This document shows positions 48,076 through 58,504 of a stretch of DNA of 64,000 bases, piece by piece. Made by a program: the position numbers and the translations under genes. This DNA comes from Vitrella brassicaformis CCMP3155. Taxonomy: Eukaryota > Protista > Chromerida. Below the pieces are notes generated by a model that worked only from the letters and a program-made list of their open reading frames with translations, made no database searches and was not told where the DNA came from. The stretch lies in NCBI GenBank assembly GCA_001179505.1, contig CDMY01000531.1:124001-188000 (forward strand), in the 5' to 3' direction. Positions within the stretch are counted from its first letter, which is position 1, and each line of letters begins with the position of its first letter.

Positions 48076-49578
48076 GGATCCTGGCTGAGGGACCAACCCG
48101 TCTGTATGTGTGCGGGAGCCTCTCTCTCTCTCTCTCTCTCGCGGCCTGTTTTCCCGAACCTATGCCTTCTTCCTCCTTGTGCTGCGTAGCTGCTTGTGGA
48201 CGGATGTGCGCGTGTTCCTGCCTGCGAGTAGGAGCGCACCTGTCTGTGGTCCTCTGCGCATGTTGAGACCAGAGAAGGAAGAAGCTGAGTTGTAGCCTCG
48301 ACGTGGTCTTTCTCGGTGCTTTGGGTGGTGGCGGCGTCATCCAGAGACCTGTAGCCTGTCTGTCTGTCTGTCTGTTTGTCCGGCTGGTCGGTCGGTCGGC
48401 CCGCTCTACTCCACTCTATCGCACTCTCATACACACATACACATCTCTCTCTCTCCCTCTACATATACCTGTACAGTCCACACACACACACGCACACACA
48501 CGCACACAAGGTGTGTGGGGCGCCACCAGCCCAGCTCTCTCTGTCTCTTGCCTGACCGACGTCACTCGTTCCATCCTCTCCATATTCGTTGGTGCAGCCG
48601 CTCGGCGCGCTTTGGTTTTATTTTTCTCTAGCGCACTCATACATATTGCGTAAAGCCATACATACACACACATATACACACCTTCCTTCGCGCATACGTA
48701 CGTATTTACTTGCAAGTGTCCGAGAATCCCGTGGTGTGGATGCGTACGTACGTGGGGTGAGTGATTGTGCCATGTGTACTATAGCTAGCTATATTGGTCG
48801 CCCGCCCCCCCGCAACCAACCAAACTCCCTCCATGCATCCATCCGCCTCGGTTTTGCCCGCCTGCCTTCGCCACTGTCTGTCTGTCTGTCTGTCTGCCAC
48901 TGTCTGCCTGATTTTCGCGATTTAAAAGTGGCCTGATTGGTGCTCTGCATGATGTGTGTGTGTGTGTGTGTGTCTGTCGAATGTGCTGTGTGAGTGTGTA
49001 TGTGTGTTCGTGAAGACCTTGAAGACCCGGTCACCTTACTCTTCGCCTAACTGCCTGTGTGTGAATGATGGATGCACGACGCCCGCTCACAACCGAACGA
49101 AGGAACGAACGAGCGAAGGCTTAACTCTCAGCTTATTAGGTGAGGGAGAGTAGAGGAGGTGTCCTTGGTTGAAAGACACACACACAGAGACCAGCACACA
49201 CACAGGCAGATACCCATCTGAGAGTGTTCATCAGCTGGACTCAAGGCACGCTACACAACGAGGTCCGCTACTCGAAGACGCTGTCGACACACCCTCTCTG
49301 GTGTCTGTCGGCCGCGTCTCGAGCCTCGGCCGCTGGTATCAAGCCGAGACTGATTCGAGCAATTCGGCGGTGAAGGCTCGAATCAGTTGCGGCTCCACAC
49401 CGACGGAAGAGACCCGAAAACGGCAGCTCAACAACCAGACCCAAGGATAAAGAAAGCCCCCATCCACTCAGTCGGCCCTCACCCATCCAATACACCAACG
49501 CCCGAAACCCGCTCGCCACACATTCAAAAGCCACACCCACAACACGATCGCCATTCACCACACCACACACCCCCACGA

Positions 49579-51661
49579 TCAGCACATGTCCATGTAGCTG
49601 CGTGGCACGAAGGGCTGGTTGGCCTCCTCCTCTTCCTCCTCCTCACCGCCCGTCTCCTCCTTGCAGCCCTTGTCGTCTGCCTCGCCCTCCGACGACAGCA
49701 GCGGGCCCAGGACAGGGGGGCGGCCGCCGTGGGCCGCCTGACGAAGGATGCGCTTCTTCTCGCCCTCAGACTCCACATCCGCATCAGCGCCGCTGTCCTC
49801 GGCACCTGACACACATCAGATAGATGGATGGACTAGTGTGTGAGTGAGATACGTGTGCGTACCCCCGATGGAAGCCACGCCCTCTCCGCCACTAGCCGCT
49901 CCTTCGGGCATGTGCGCCTCCTCCTCCTCAGGGATGCGCTGGAATCGCATTGGGGTGCCGCTGGCGGATGCGGAGGCCAGCACACCGAAGCTCTGGCCGC
50001 CTCGCTGTGCCCATGGGGTGGGACCCGAGCGGCTCTCCAGGACGATCCGGCGACTGCTGCGGCCACTGGTGTCCACATCGCCGTCGGCACTGATGACACA
50101 CAGACACACACAGGGATAGAGAAAACGAGATAAAGACGCTTGAAGGTTATGTGTCTGTGGGTGCCGACGGACTGACCTTGCGGCTTGTGCGTCGTCATGT
50201 GGCTGTCCTGTCGTGTCGACGGTAGCGTCCCTTCCCTCGAGGATGGCCCTGTGGTCCTCGAAGCTCTCGTCTTCTTCCTCGTCCTCCTCCAAGTCAACCT
50301 CGACATCCATCGCAGACTTGCCCTCACCATTCTCCAACTGATACACGACACACACACACACACAGACACACACACACCTATGTGCGTTCTCCCGTCCATT
50401 CAATGAGACGGAACGTACCAGTTTTCCCGAGCCAGGTCCCGGCACGAGCTCGAGCCGCTTTCGACGCTTTGGGCCCCGCTTACGCAGTGACAGGGCCCCC
50501 ATCTTGCCGTCGAGGTCGTGTGCGCCGCCCCGCCCCCTGCCGCCACGGAAGGGCACCAGCGTCATGCCGCCCGCTGAGGTCTTCTCGCGGCGGTCGCGTT
50601 TGCGGCCCCGGGAGGACTCGGCCGACGCTGCCTGGGAGAAGGAACGACGGTGGTCGGCGCTCCGACGATGATGATGCTGCTGATGCTGCTGATGAACACA
50701 CACACACGCACACAAGGTCAATCCCCTCCCTCACGCCATGTGTTGGTGTGTGTGCGTGTGTGTGTGTTTGTTTGTGTGGTTCTGACCATTTCAAATTGGT
50801 AGTACTTCGATCGTCTGCCGCTGTGTCCGGGCCGCTTCTTGTCGAGTGGCGTGGCGGGCCGCATGTGGAGGATCTGTGGCGGCAGGGTGGGAGCGACCTG
50901 CTTGAGCTCTGTGCGGCGCCACGGGGCGTCCTGCGGCACCTCGATGGAGACGTTGTCGATGGCGCGCTGGGGGGCGATGTTGTCGCCGAACACGACGTTG
51001 CACGACGAGTCGTCGAGCCACTCGATGAACTTGGGATTGTACTCCATGAACACATCCAGGATCTGACCAGACAAAAGGAGAAACGGTGATGCGCCATTCA
51101 TGTGTGTGTGGATGTAGACAGGTGTGCATATAGCTGACCTGCTGCGTGTTGAGCAGGTCCACTCCGAAGACGTGTATGGCCTCGGATCGCACCCCCTCGC
51201 TCATGTCGAACTCGCGCCGCGCCTCCGTCCGCTTGACGTGCATCGCCCGGTCCACGTCGTCGCCCCTGACGCCGCCGAACCGCTCCGCCCGCCGGCGCAT
51301 CTTGTCCAGGCTGTCGAGGGCCGCCTCGCCCTCCTGGGATTCGGGCTCGGGTGAGCTGCCGAAGCGCCGCAGCCTCTCGCGCTTCTTCTCCTCTTCCTCG
51401 GCGCTTTGTGGGTTGACATCCGACATGAACTCGACGTAGCCGCGGTTGCGGTACTTGTGCTCGTGAGGGACGCCGGACGGCGTGGCGGCGATGTCGCGAG
51501 CCTTCCGCCGCTCGTCCTCTATCTGCATGCACCACACACGGAGGGAAACCACGACACACAAACACATGGCCTCTGCCCTGCCTGTCATGATGCTCTGTTC
51601 TTCAGCTGATGCGTACAATATCGTCGAGCGACGGGAGGTCTCTCCCTTGCGTGAATGACAT
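49579..51661 (-). CDS. NCBP3: Nuclear cap-binding protein subunit 3-like, multi-exon
   Basis: KRERLRRFG..RRRAERFG, VRSEAIHVFGVDLLNTQQ|ILDVFMEYNPKFIEWLDDSSCNVVF, RPATPLDKK..SKYY match the NCBP3/DUF2414 pattern, followed by an acidic/basic tail. Confidence 0.85.
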
Positions 51662-51865
51662 GCCGAGATGCCGTCTGACGCCGACGGGACTCCTTGCTGC
51701 GGCTGTATGCCGGAGATTACCGGAGATGCTCACTCGGTCTTGCGGCAAGTTGCGGCAAGGCCGTCGATTCCCGGAATGACACAAACAGTTCAAGCACGTC
51801 GACAGCACAGGCAACGAATAATGCTTCAACACCTCGCTGTTCTTGAGAAAGCTCGCATGGAAGGG

Positions 51866-51879
51866 ATTCCGTGAAACCG
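51866..51879 (+). promoter_or_regulatory. Candidate cis-element TTCCGTGAAAC, copy 3
   Basis: ATTCCGTGAAACCG between the divergent starts of NCBP3 (51661) and the 52306 gene. Confidence 0.45.
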
Positions 51880-52305
51880 CTCTTCGCGGGAGGAAAGGTG
51901 AAGCTATAGGGGTTTGCCAGGCCTCGAAGGCAATGTCAGGAGCTGCCTCATCACCAACTTACATTGCCTTCGAGGCCCGTCACGCTGGCAGACGTCTGCA
52001 TCAATCCGTCTGTATCATTCATCGCCCGAAGTTGATGTAGCACTGCCAACTGTTTGATATGGGCAATGACGACTGAACAGCCGAAAAGGTAACCAAAAGG
52101 GCAGGCGCAGATCATCCGTCAGCAGGCTCTGTGGTGGTGATTGTGGATGGCATGCATTCTCAGGTCCACCTAACATCATACCAGCACAGCATCTGGACAG
52201 AACCGCACACAACCATCTCCGTTCCGCACGGGTACGCCCAACATGCGGTGTGGTGTTTTTATTTTCACCCTGTGTGATTTCTCTATCGGTGTTACTACAG
52301 GGCAG

Positions 52306-53577
52306 ATGGCCTATTCATCGTCAGTGACGGCCGACGTGTGGTGCGCTCACGTGGTGCCCTGCCTCGACGCGAGCAGCCTTGCTGCACTGGCAGCCACCAG
52401 CAGGGCTCACACCTCTCTGGCCATTGACACGTTCTCGGCCCGCATCGACGCGTCCCTCACCCGCAACTCCCTCGATGGCCTCATCGACATCGAGCGGGGT
52501 GTTCTGGGGTACCTGATGCGCTGCTACTACTCGCTGCGGCGCCGCATGAGTCGGTTGCTGCTGCTGGTATGTCTGGCCCTCATGGTGGTCACCGTGGCTG
52601 CCTTGGCGCTGCGACGCATGGCTTCCCTCTCCCTCAGCTCGCTCGGCGGACTGATCGGCCTCTTCTTGCCCGGTGCGCTTGTCGGTCGATTCAAGGGCAT
52701 TTCACGCCACCAGCTGCGGCGCTTTGGCTACCTGTCTCGGGTGGCTTATCTGCTGGAGCAAGGCGACAGTGAGTGGCGGCGGATCGGCCGGGTCATCCAA
52801 CTGGCCTTTACCCTCGGTCTCTTGACGATGCCCCTCCTCATATCGCCAGAGTGTGTGGCGGCTCTGCTGTCCACCAGGGGCGCCTTCCGTCAGCCTGTTG
52901 TGATGGCCCTATAGCTGATCGGGGACCAACTTACTCTCGGCTGGTTCGGCATGGCGTTGCGTCGAGTGCGGGAGGGCGTGTATCAGATGGACGGCGACTT
53001 CAGCGCCCTGTTGCGTGTGGTGCCAGTGGGCGACCTGCCCGCTCCTCACAACTGGACCGTGCGCAACTACTACTACTACGCCTTGCACGCGCCCGATCAT
53101 CCGTTTGCCTGGCGCTACAAGAAAGGCGATCCCGTCATCCGCTGCAGAGGGAGTGCCGACCAGAGGGTGCTTCATTACCTCTACAACTCCTTTTCGTCCT
53201 TTCTCTGCGACGCATTTCTCAACGCCTGGCACCGCGTGTACCGGAATAGAGTGCTTCTTGCACGCATCGGTTATGAGGGAGGCTATCGGTCATTGCTGAC
53301 CGGTGCCATCAGCGAGGACGAGGCCATTGTGGTGGACCGCCTTGACGATGGAGACGACCTGTCCGATGTGACGCCCAGCCGTCTGGTGATCGCCAGCGGC
53401 TTCCGACCAGACGAGACCACTGCGGCATGGCTCGTGGTGAGACGCGGCGATGTCGAGCTCTGGACGACAGAGCTGTCGCTTGCGGCCCGGAGGTTTGATG
53501 CTCGGTTCCCCGTGTCGGCGCCTCACTGGCGTCGAGCGCTGCGCCGATTCCGCCTCGAGAATGCCGTCATCGGGTAG
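52306..53577 (+). pseudogene. Intronless lineage-specific protein with an F-box-like N-terminus, interrupted by one in-frame TAG
   Basis: ORFs 52243-52914 and 52951-53577 share a frame and are separated only by TAG 52912-52914 (..VVMAL*LIGDQLTLGWFGMALRR..). N-terminal VWCAHVVPCLDASSLAALAATSR is weakly F-box-like. Confidence 0.6.
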
Positions 53578-54031
53578 CCAGCTGCCCATACACGGCTGGC
53601 TGCATTGGGGGATACACATTGTGCTGACAGTGTTTATGGTCTGCATGCCTCCATGTGTCAATGACTGAGTAGACGGGTGCGTGCGCGTGGACTGACTGGC
53701 TGGCTGGCGTCGTGACATGCATGAAGGCGACAAGAGTGTGCAGATGAAGTTGTGTTGGGCATGAGTGGCTCAGATTTGAGCCGCAGCTGAGCTCCTGCAC
53801 AATCTCTGTATTCACACACAACCACACACATACACACGCCTTGATCCGCATGCACTGCATGGCTCTCTCGACCACTCAGTGACACAGAGACGAACGTCTT
53901 AACGAGTCCGCAAAAATCAGCCTTCACAGCTCAACACTATGAGTGCAGTGCAGTGCTCATGGTTAGCAGCATCGGATTATCATACACACAGAGATACATA
54001 CACACATACACAGCAGTGTCCCCGCCTTCCC

Positions 54032-55744
54032 TCATTCATTGGGCAGCCAGTCAGGGATCCTCCCACAGTCGTTGTGCAGCTCCGTCTTGACGCCCCATCT
54101 GATGGTCTGACCAGCCCCCCACGGCTGGTAAAACGGAAAGCCGCGGTGCTTAGGGTAAAGTGTCCCATCCTGCGGCTTCCCCTTCGCGAAGTGTCCCTCG
54201 AATACCACCCCAGTCCATTAAGAAATGCACGAGTAGACCTTACCCTGCTGCCACTGCCCACTCTCCCACTGCCCCTCGTACTTCTTCTTGCCGTTGTCGT
54301 AATACGAGGTGCCCGTGCCGTGTTTGTGTCCGCACAGCCACTCTCCCTCGTACGCCTCGTGCCCATTGTGATGATAGCTGGTGCCCTGGCCTTCTGGTTT
54401 GCCATTGCGCAGCGGGCCTGTGTAGGTGGTGCCATCCTCCAAGGGCATCTTGTCGGCTCTCCCCTTGCCCACCATCTGGCCATGCTCCCACCGGCGATTG
54501 CAGCAGCCGCCGTTCGGCCAGTGTGCCGTCCCGCTGCCGTGAGCGATGCCGTTGAGCAGAGGGCCTTCATAGTGGTACCCCTCCCACGGCAGCCGATGAG
54601 CCGTGCCCTCTCCGACCATCTCGCCGGCAGACCACTGCCCCTCGCAGGCCGTGGAGCCATCTGAGCTCTTCAGGAGTATGCCGCGGCCGTGGGGTATGCC
54701 GTTGAGCAGAGGGCCAGTGTAGGTGGTGCGTCGATCACCAGAGGGCATCTTGTCCGCTGTCCCCTCGCCGACCATCTGCCCATGCTGCCATGTGCCTGTG
54801 GACGTGCCGCCGTTCGGCCATCGCGCTGTCCCCTGGCCGTGTGGCTTTCCATTGTGCAGAGGGCCGGTGTAAGTCTTGCCGTCCCCTAGAGGGATCTTGT
54901 CGGCGGTCCCTTCGCCGACCATCTGCCCCCCCCGCCATCCACCCCGGTAGAGCTGAGAGCCCCTCGAGTCGTACTGGGTGCCGTGGCCGTCATACATGCC
55001 ACTCACCCAATGCCCCTGATACTCCACATGGCCATTGGCGCGGTAGCTGACGCCCTGACCATAGTATTTCCCGTCCCTCCACTGGCCCTCGTACTTCTTG
55101 TTGCCATTATCGTGATACGAGGTCCCTTCGCCGTGCATCTTTCCATTCTTCCACTGCCCCTCGCACTCCATCCTGCCATTGGCGCGGTAGCTGGTGCCGT
55201 GGCCGTGCATCCTGCCGTCTGCCCATTGTCCCTCTTTCTCCTTGGTGCCATTCTGATCGTAGCTGACGCCCTGACCATGGTACTTGCCGGATTTTCACTG
55301 ACCATCATACTTCTTGGTCTTGCCGTTTTCATGATAGCACACGCCGACTCCCTCATACTTCTCAACAGCCCACTGCCCCTCGTAGATCTTCTTCTGCCCG
55401 TCCATGTCGGTCTGCTTGCCGGGGCCGTGCGGACGGCCGTTCTTGACGCGGCCATAGTATTTGCTGCCGTCATCCAGGATGAGCTCGACGGGCTGACGCT
55501 CACTCGCTGCACGCAGCTGAGCCAACTCGGCCTCAAGCTGCCTGTTGCGCTGTTCTGCCTGCTCCAGCTGCCGTGTGAGCATCTCCACCAGACGAGCCTG
55601 TGTCCTCATGTGTTGTTCGGCCTGCATGCGGATCTCCCGCTCGGCCACGTCGGTGAAGGCACTCGACGAGGCGGCATCAGGAAGAGTGAGGTCCGCAAGC
55701 TGACCCTCGAGCTGCTCAAGCCGCCGACGCAGCTCCTCCATCAT
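54032..55744 (-). pseudogene. Coiled-coil plus MORN-repeat gene (subfamily B) with two in-frame stops
   Basis: Single frame from ATG 55744 to TGA 54032-54034. TGA at 55295-55297 (KYDGQ*KSG, where the other repeats have W) and TAA at 54218-54220. Homology to the 60167 paralogue continues past both stops. Confidence 0.8.
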
Positions 55745-55880
55745 CAAGTTGCGGCGCAAACGATGCTGCTGAGTCGGTTGGTTGGTTATTGTGTTTAACG
55801 GGACTCGTGTCTGTAACCCCGAGGGGATCCTGTCCAGGTCAAGCACTCGGTGAATGCGCTCGGGGAGGTGATGGCAAACG

Positions 55881-55893
55881 TTCCGTGAAACCG
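55881..55893 (+). promoter_or_regulatory. Candidate cis-element TTCCGTGAAAC, copy 4
   Basis: TTCCGTGAAACCG between the divergent starts of the MORN gene (55744) and ART-1 (56116). Confidence 0.45.
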
Positions 55894-56115
55894 TTCTCAC
55901 TAGCTCGCAAGAGGAGAGCGGAGAAGAGGAGAAAAGGCACGAGGAAGTGAGGAGGGGGTTGCTCGGGCCTTCTCAGCCTCCGCCACCATGGATCAGCGTG
56001 CGAGGAACCACTGGAGGAAGAAGGCGCTTCGCTACACGGTAAGAGCATGAGGGAGGGACACCTGGGAGATCCCGCCTTCATTTTCGTTGCTGTCGTTGTG
56101 CGGTAGGTCTACCAC

Positions 56116-56967
56116 ATGTACAAGGCGATGGCGGAGTGGAATCAGCGGGAGGTGGATTTCCTCACACGGCGGTTCGCTCTCGACCGACATCACGAAGACG
56201 AGATGCGGTTGTTCGAGCGAGTGGTGAAGCTAACCCTTCGTCACATAGAGGACCTCACTGGCAATATCGAGGAGCTCGAGCGCATGGAGGCCAAACTGAC
56301 TGAGGAGCTGCAGCAGCTGGAGGAGGCCACAGTGGTGCTCGTGGATGACATCTCTGCCCAGCACGAGCTGAACCGCCTTCATCGTGAGGCCATCCAGGCC
56401 CTCGATAGCGCCATCGCGGCGCTCCAGGAGCGGCGCCGGGAGCTGGAGAGGACCCACCGCAGCCTCACCTTGATCGAGCGGCAACAACAGCAGCGCAAGC
56501 AGGCCTTGCTGCTCAGCAACGAGCAGCTGACACAGCGCAAGAGGGCTGTCCTCAAGCGCAAGGAGGACCTCCAGCGGCGCATTCAGCAGGAGTGCATGAA
56601 GGCGAGCAGCAACGGGGCGGCGGTGCTGTACCACCAGACGGACCACGCAGGCGCCCACAGCCTGAAGGCCCACGGCGTCGATATGAGCAGGTGTCGGTCG
56701 ATTGGGTGGGGCAACATCAGCATCCCGGGGTTCTTCTGTGCGAGCACCGAGGCCATCACGAGCCAGCCTGACAAGGCCCAGCGTCGGGGCTGGATGGTCA
56801 AGCTGCAGGTGCGGCTGGGGCGCGTGAGGGAGCTGCACACGGGCCCCAGCCCTGCTGACGGCGACTTCGATAGCGTGGTGATTCAGACGAACACTGGTTT
56901 GGAGTTTGTGGTCACCAGAGCTGAGCAGGTGACCGTGACAGAGATCTATCCCGTGGGGAGCAGATAG
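56116..56967 (+). CDS. Coiled-coil protein with a C-terminal PARP/Gig2-like ADP-ribosyltransferase domain (ART-1), intronless
   Basis: About 160-aa heptad region, then VLYHQT..PGFFCAS..MVKLQVRLGRV..FDSVVI..LEFVVTRAEQV. The order and spacing match the H-Y-E clade ART core. Confidence 0.75.
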   Translation: MYKAMAEWNQREVDFLTRRFALDRHHEDEMRLFERVVKLTLRHIEDLTGNIEELERMEAKLTEELQQLEEATVVLVDDISAQHELNRLHREAIQALDSAIAALQERRRELERTHRSLTLIERQQQQRKQALLLSNEQLTQRKRAVLKRKEDLQRRIQQECMKASSNGAAVLYHQTDHAGAHSLKAHGVDMSRCRSIGWGNISIPGFFCASTEAITSQPDKAQRRGWMVKLQVRLGRVRELHTGPSPADGDFDSVVIQTNTGLEFVVTRAEQVTVTEIYPVGSR

Positions 56968-57258
56968 GGGGGAGGAGGGACAGTGGCCTCGTGCTCTTGT
57001 GTCGGCCGTCTGAGGATCTGGACGGTCTCTGCTTGTGCTTGTTCATGTGTGCTGCATGGGCGTGCGACGCGATTGGCGTTTATTCAGTGTGGTTTGTGTG
57101 CGCTGTGGTGCCGATTCCTTCATGTGCGTGGATGGCTTCCGTGTGCATGTGTGACCCATGTGACATTTATTGCATCTTGATCGATCATTGATGAGTCTAA
57201 CAGACATGAATCATGACACACCACACCCAGACATTGCGCCCTCCTTCGGGCCCCCTCG

Positions 57259-58269
57259 CTAGCCCTGATAGGTGGAGATCACCTCCACCTGGTCACCGCT
57301 ATACACGACAAACTCCAGGCCATGGCGATCCGTCACTATCACGGAATCGAAGCCACGCTGCTTCACCCGCCTCTCGTCGAGCTGGCTGTCTGGACCCCTC
57401 CCAAGCTCCAGAGGCCGCCCGAGCCGCAGACCCACCTTGACAATCCAGTCAGTGTGCCCCGGCTGGTGACGAACCTTGTGCCTCGTCAGGTCCGGGCGCG
57501 ATGCGCAATAGAATCCCTTGCCCGCGTAGCCGTTCGAGCACCGGTTGATGTCGACCCCATGGTTCTCGATGTTGAGGGCGTGCTCTCGAGTGGTACGATG
57601 GTAGGCAATGATGCCGTAGGGGCACTGCAGGCAGAAGTGGCCGGAACGGCGCCCTCGGTTGTTGGGGCAGCGGGGGGTGTGGCGGCCGCTCGCATAGCGC
57701 CGCAGCTCCTGCTCCAACCGCCTCACGTTGGCCTCCTCGTCTGCCACCTCGTTGCGAGTCGACTGGACCTGCCTCTGCCGCGCCTCGTTCTCGGTGTTGA
57801 GGCGCTGGACCTCCCGGCTGAGGGCGTCGTTGGAGCGAGAGAGATCTTCGTTGGCGTCCTCCTGTCGCTGCTTTCTCGCCTCCTTCTCCTCCTTGATGCT
57901 CGTCAGTCGGTGCCCCTCAGCCACAGCCATCGAGTGCTCCTCACGCAACCTCTCCTGCAGCGCTTGCTGTTCGCCGATCTGGCTCCTCAGCTTCTCATTC
58001 CCCACCATCAGTGCGGTCTTCCTGTCCGTGAGGGTCCCCTCCCGCTGACGCGCGTCATCCAGACGGCCTTGGATCTCCACACGCTCAGCCGTGTGTCGCT
58101 CGGCCTGCTGATTCGCTGACTTGGTGTGGCGGTGGAGCTGTTCCGACGTGAGATCAGCGTCCCACTGCCTCAGCTTGGCCTTGAGGCGCTCCATGCTGCC
58201 TCTCCTGCGGTCAGAGTTGGTGGAGGAGGGACGGGAAGAGGGGGAAGATGACGGGAGGGGAAGATGCAT
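57259..58269 (-). CDS. Coiled-coil protein with a C-terminal PARP/Gig2-like ADP-ribosyltransferase domain (ART-2), intronless
   Basis: Heptad region, a Cys/His cluster, then IAYHRT..YAGKGFYCAS..IVKVGLRLGRP..GFDSVIV..LEFVVYSGDQV. Compare PARP FGKGIYFA and NEYIVYDIAQV. The start could be ATG 58269 or 58194. Confidence 0.8.
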   Translation of the reverse strand: MHLPLPSSSPSSRPSSTNSDRRRGSMERLKAKLRQWDADLTSEQLHRHTKSANQQAERHTAERVEIQGRLDDARQREGTLTDRKTALMVGNEKLRSQIGEQQALQERLREEHSMAVAEGHRLTSIKEEKEARKQRQEDANEDLSRSNDALSREVQRLNTENEARQRQVQSTRNEVADEEANVRRLEQELRRYASGRHTPRCPNNRGRRSGHFCLQCPYGIIAYHRTTREHALNIENHGVDINRCSNGYAGKGFYCASRPDLTRHKVRHQPGHTDWIVKVGLRLGRPLELGRGPDSQLDERRVKQRGFDSVIVTDRHGLEFVVYSGDQVEVISTYQG

Positions 58270-58504
58270 CAAAGACGATTGACGACGGTCCGCCAACCTA
58301 CCTACCAAGGACTCGGAACAGCCGGAGGCTCACTTCACACACCGGTTTCATCTCATACCCTAAACCACATCTGAAGGGGTGGCCCTGTGCAGCCTACATG
58401 ACCGAAAAAGGCAGCTGTCCTGCTATGCATCTATCCGTCCGTCTATCTTATTGTTGCTCGTCAGCTTGCATGTCAGTCAGTCAGGCAATCAGTCGATCAG
58501 TCAG

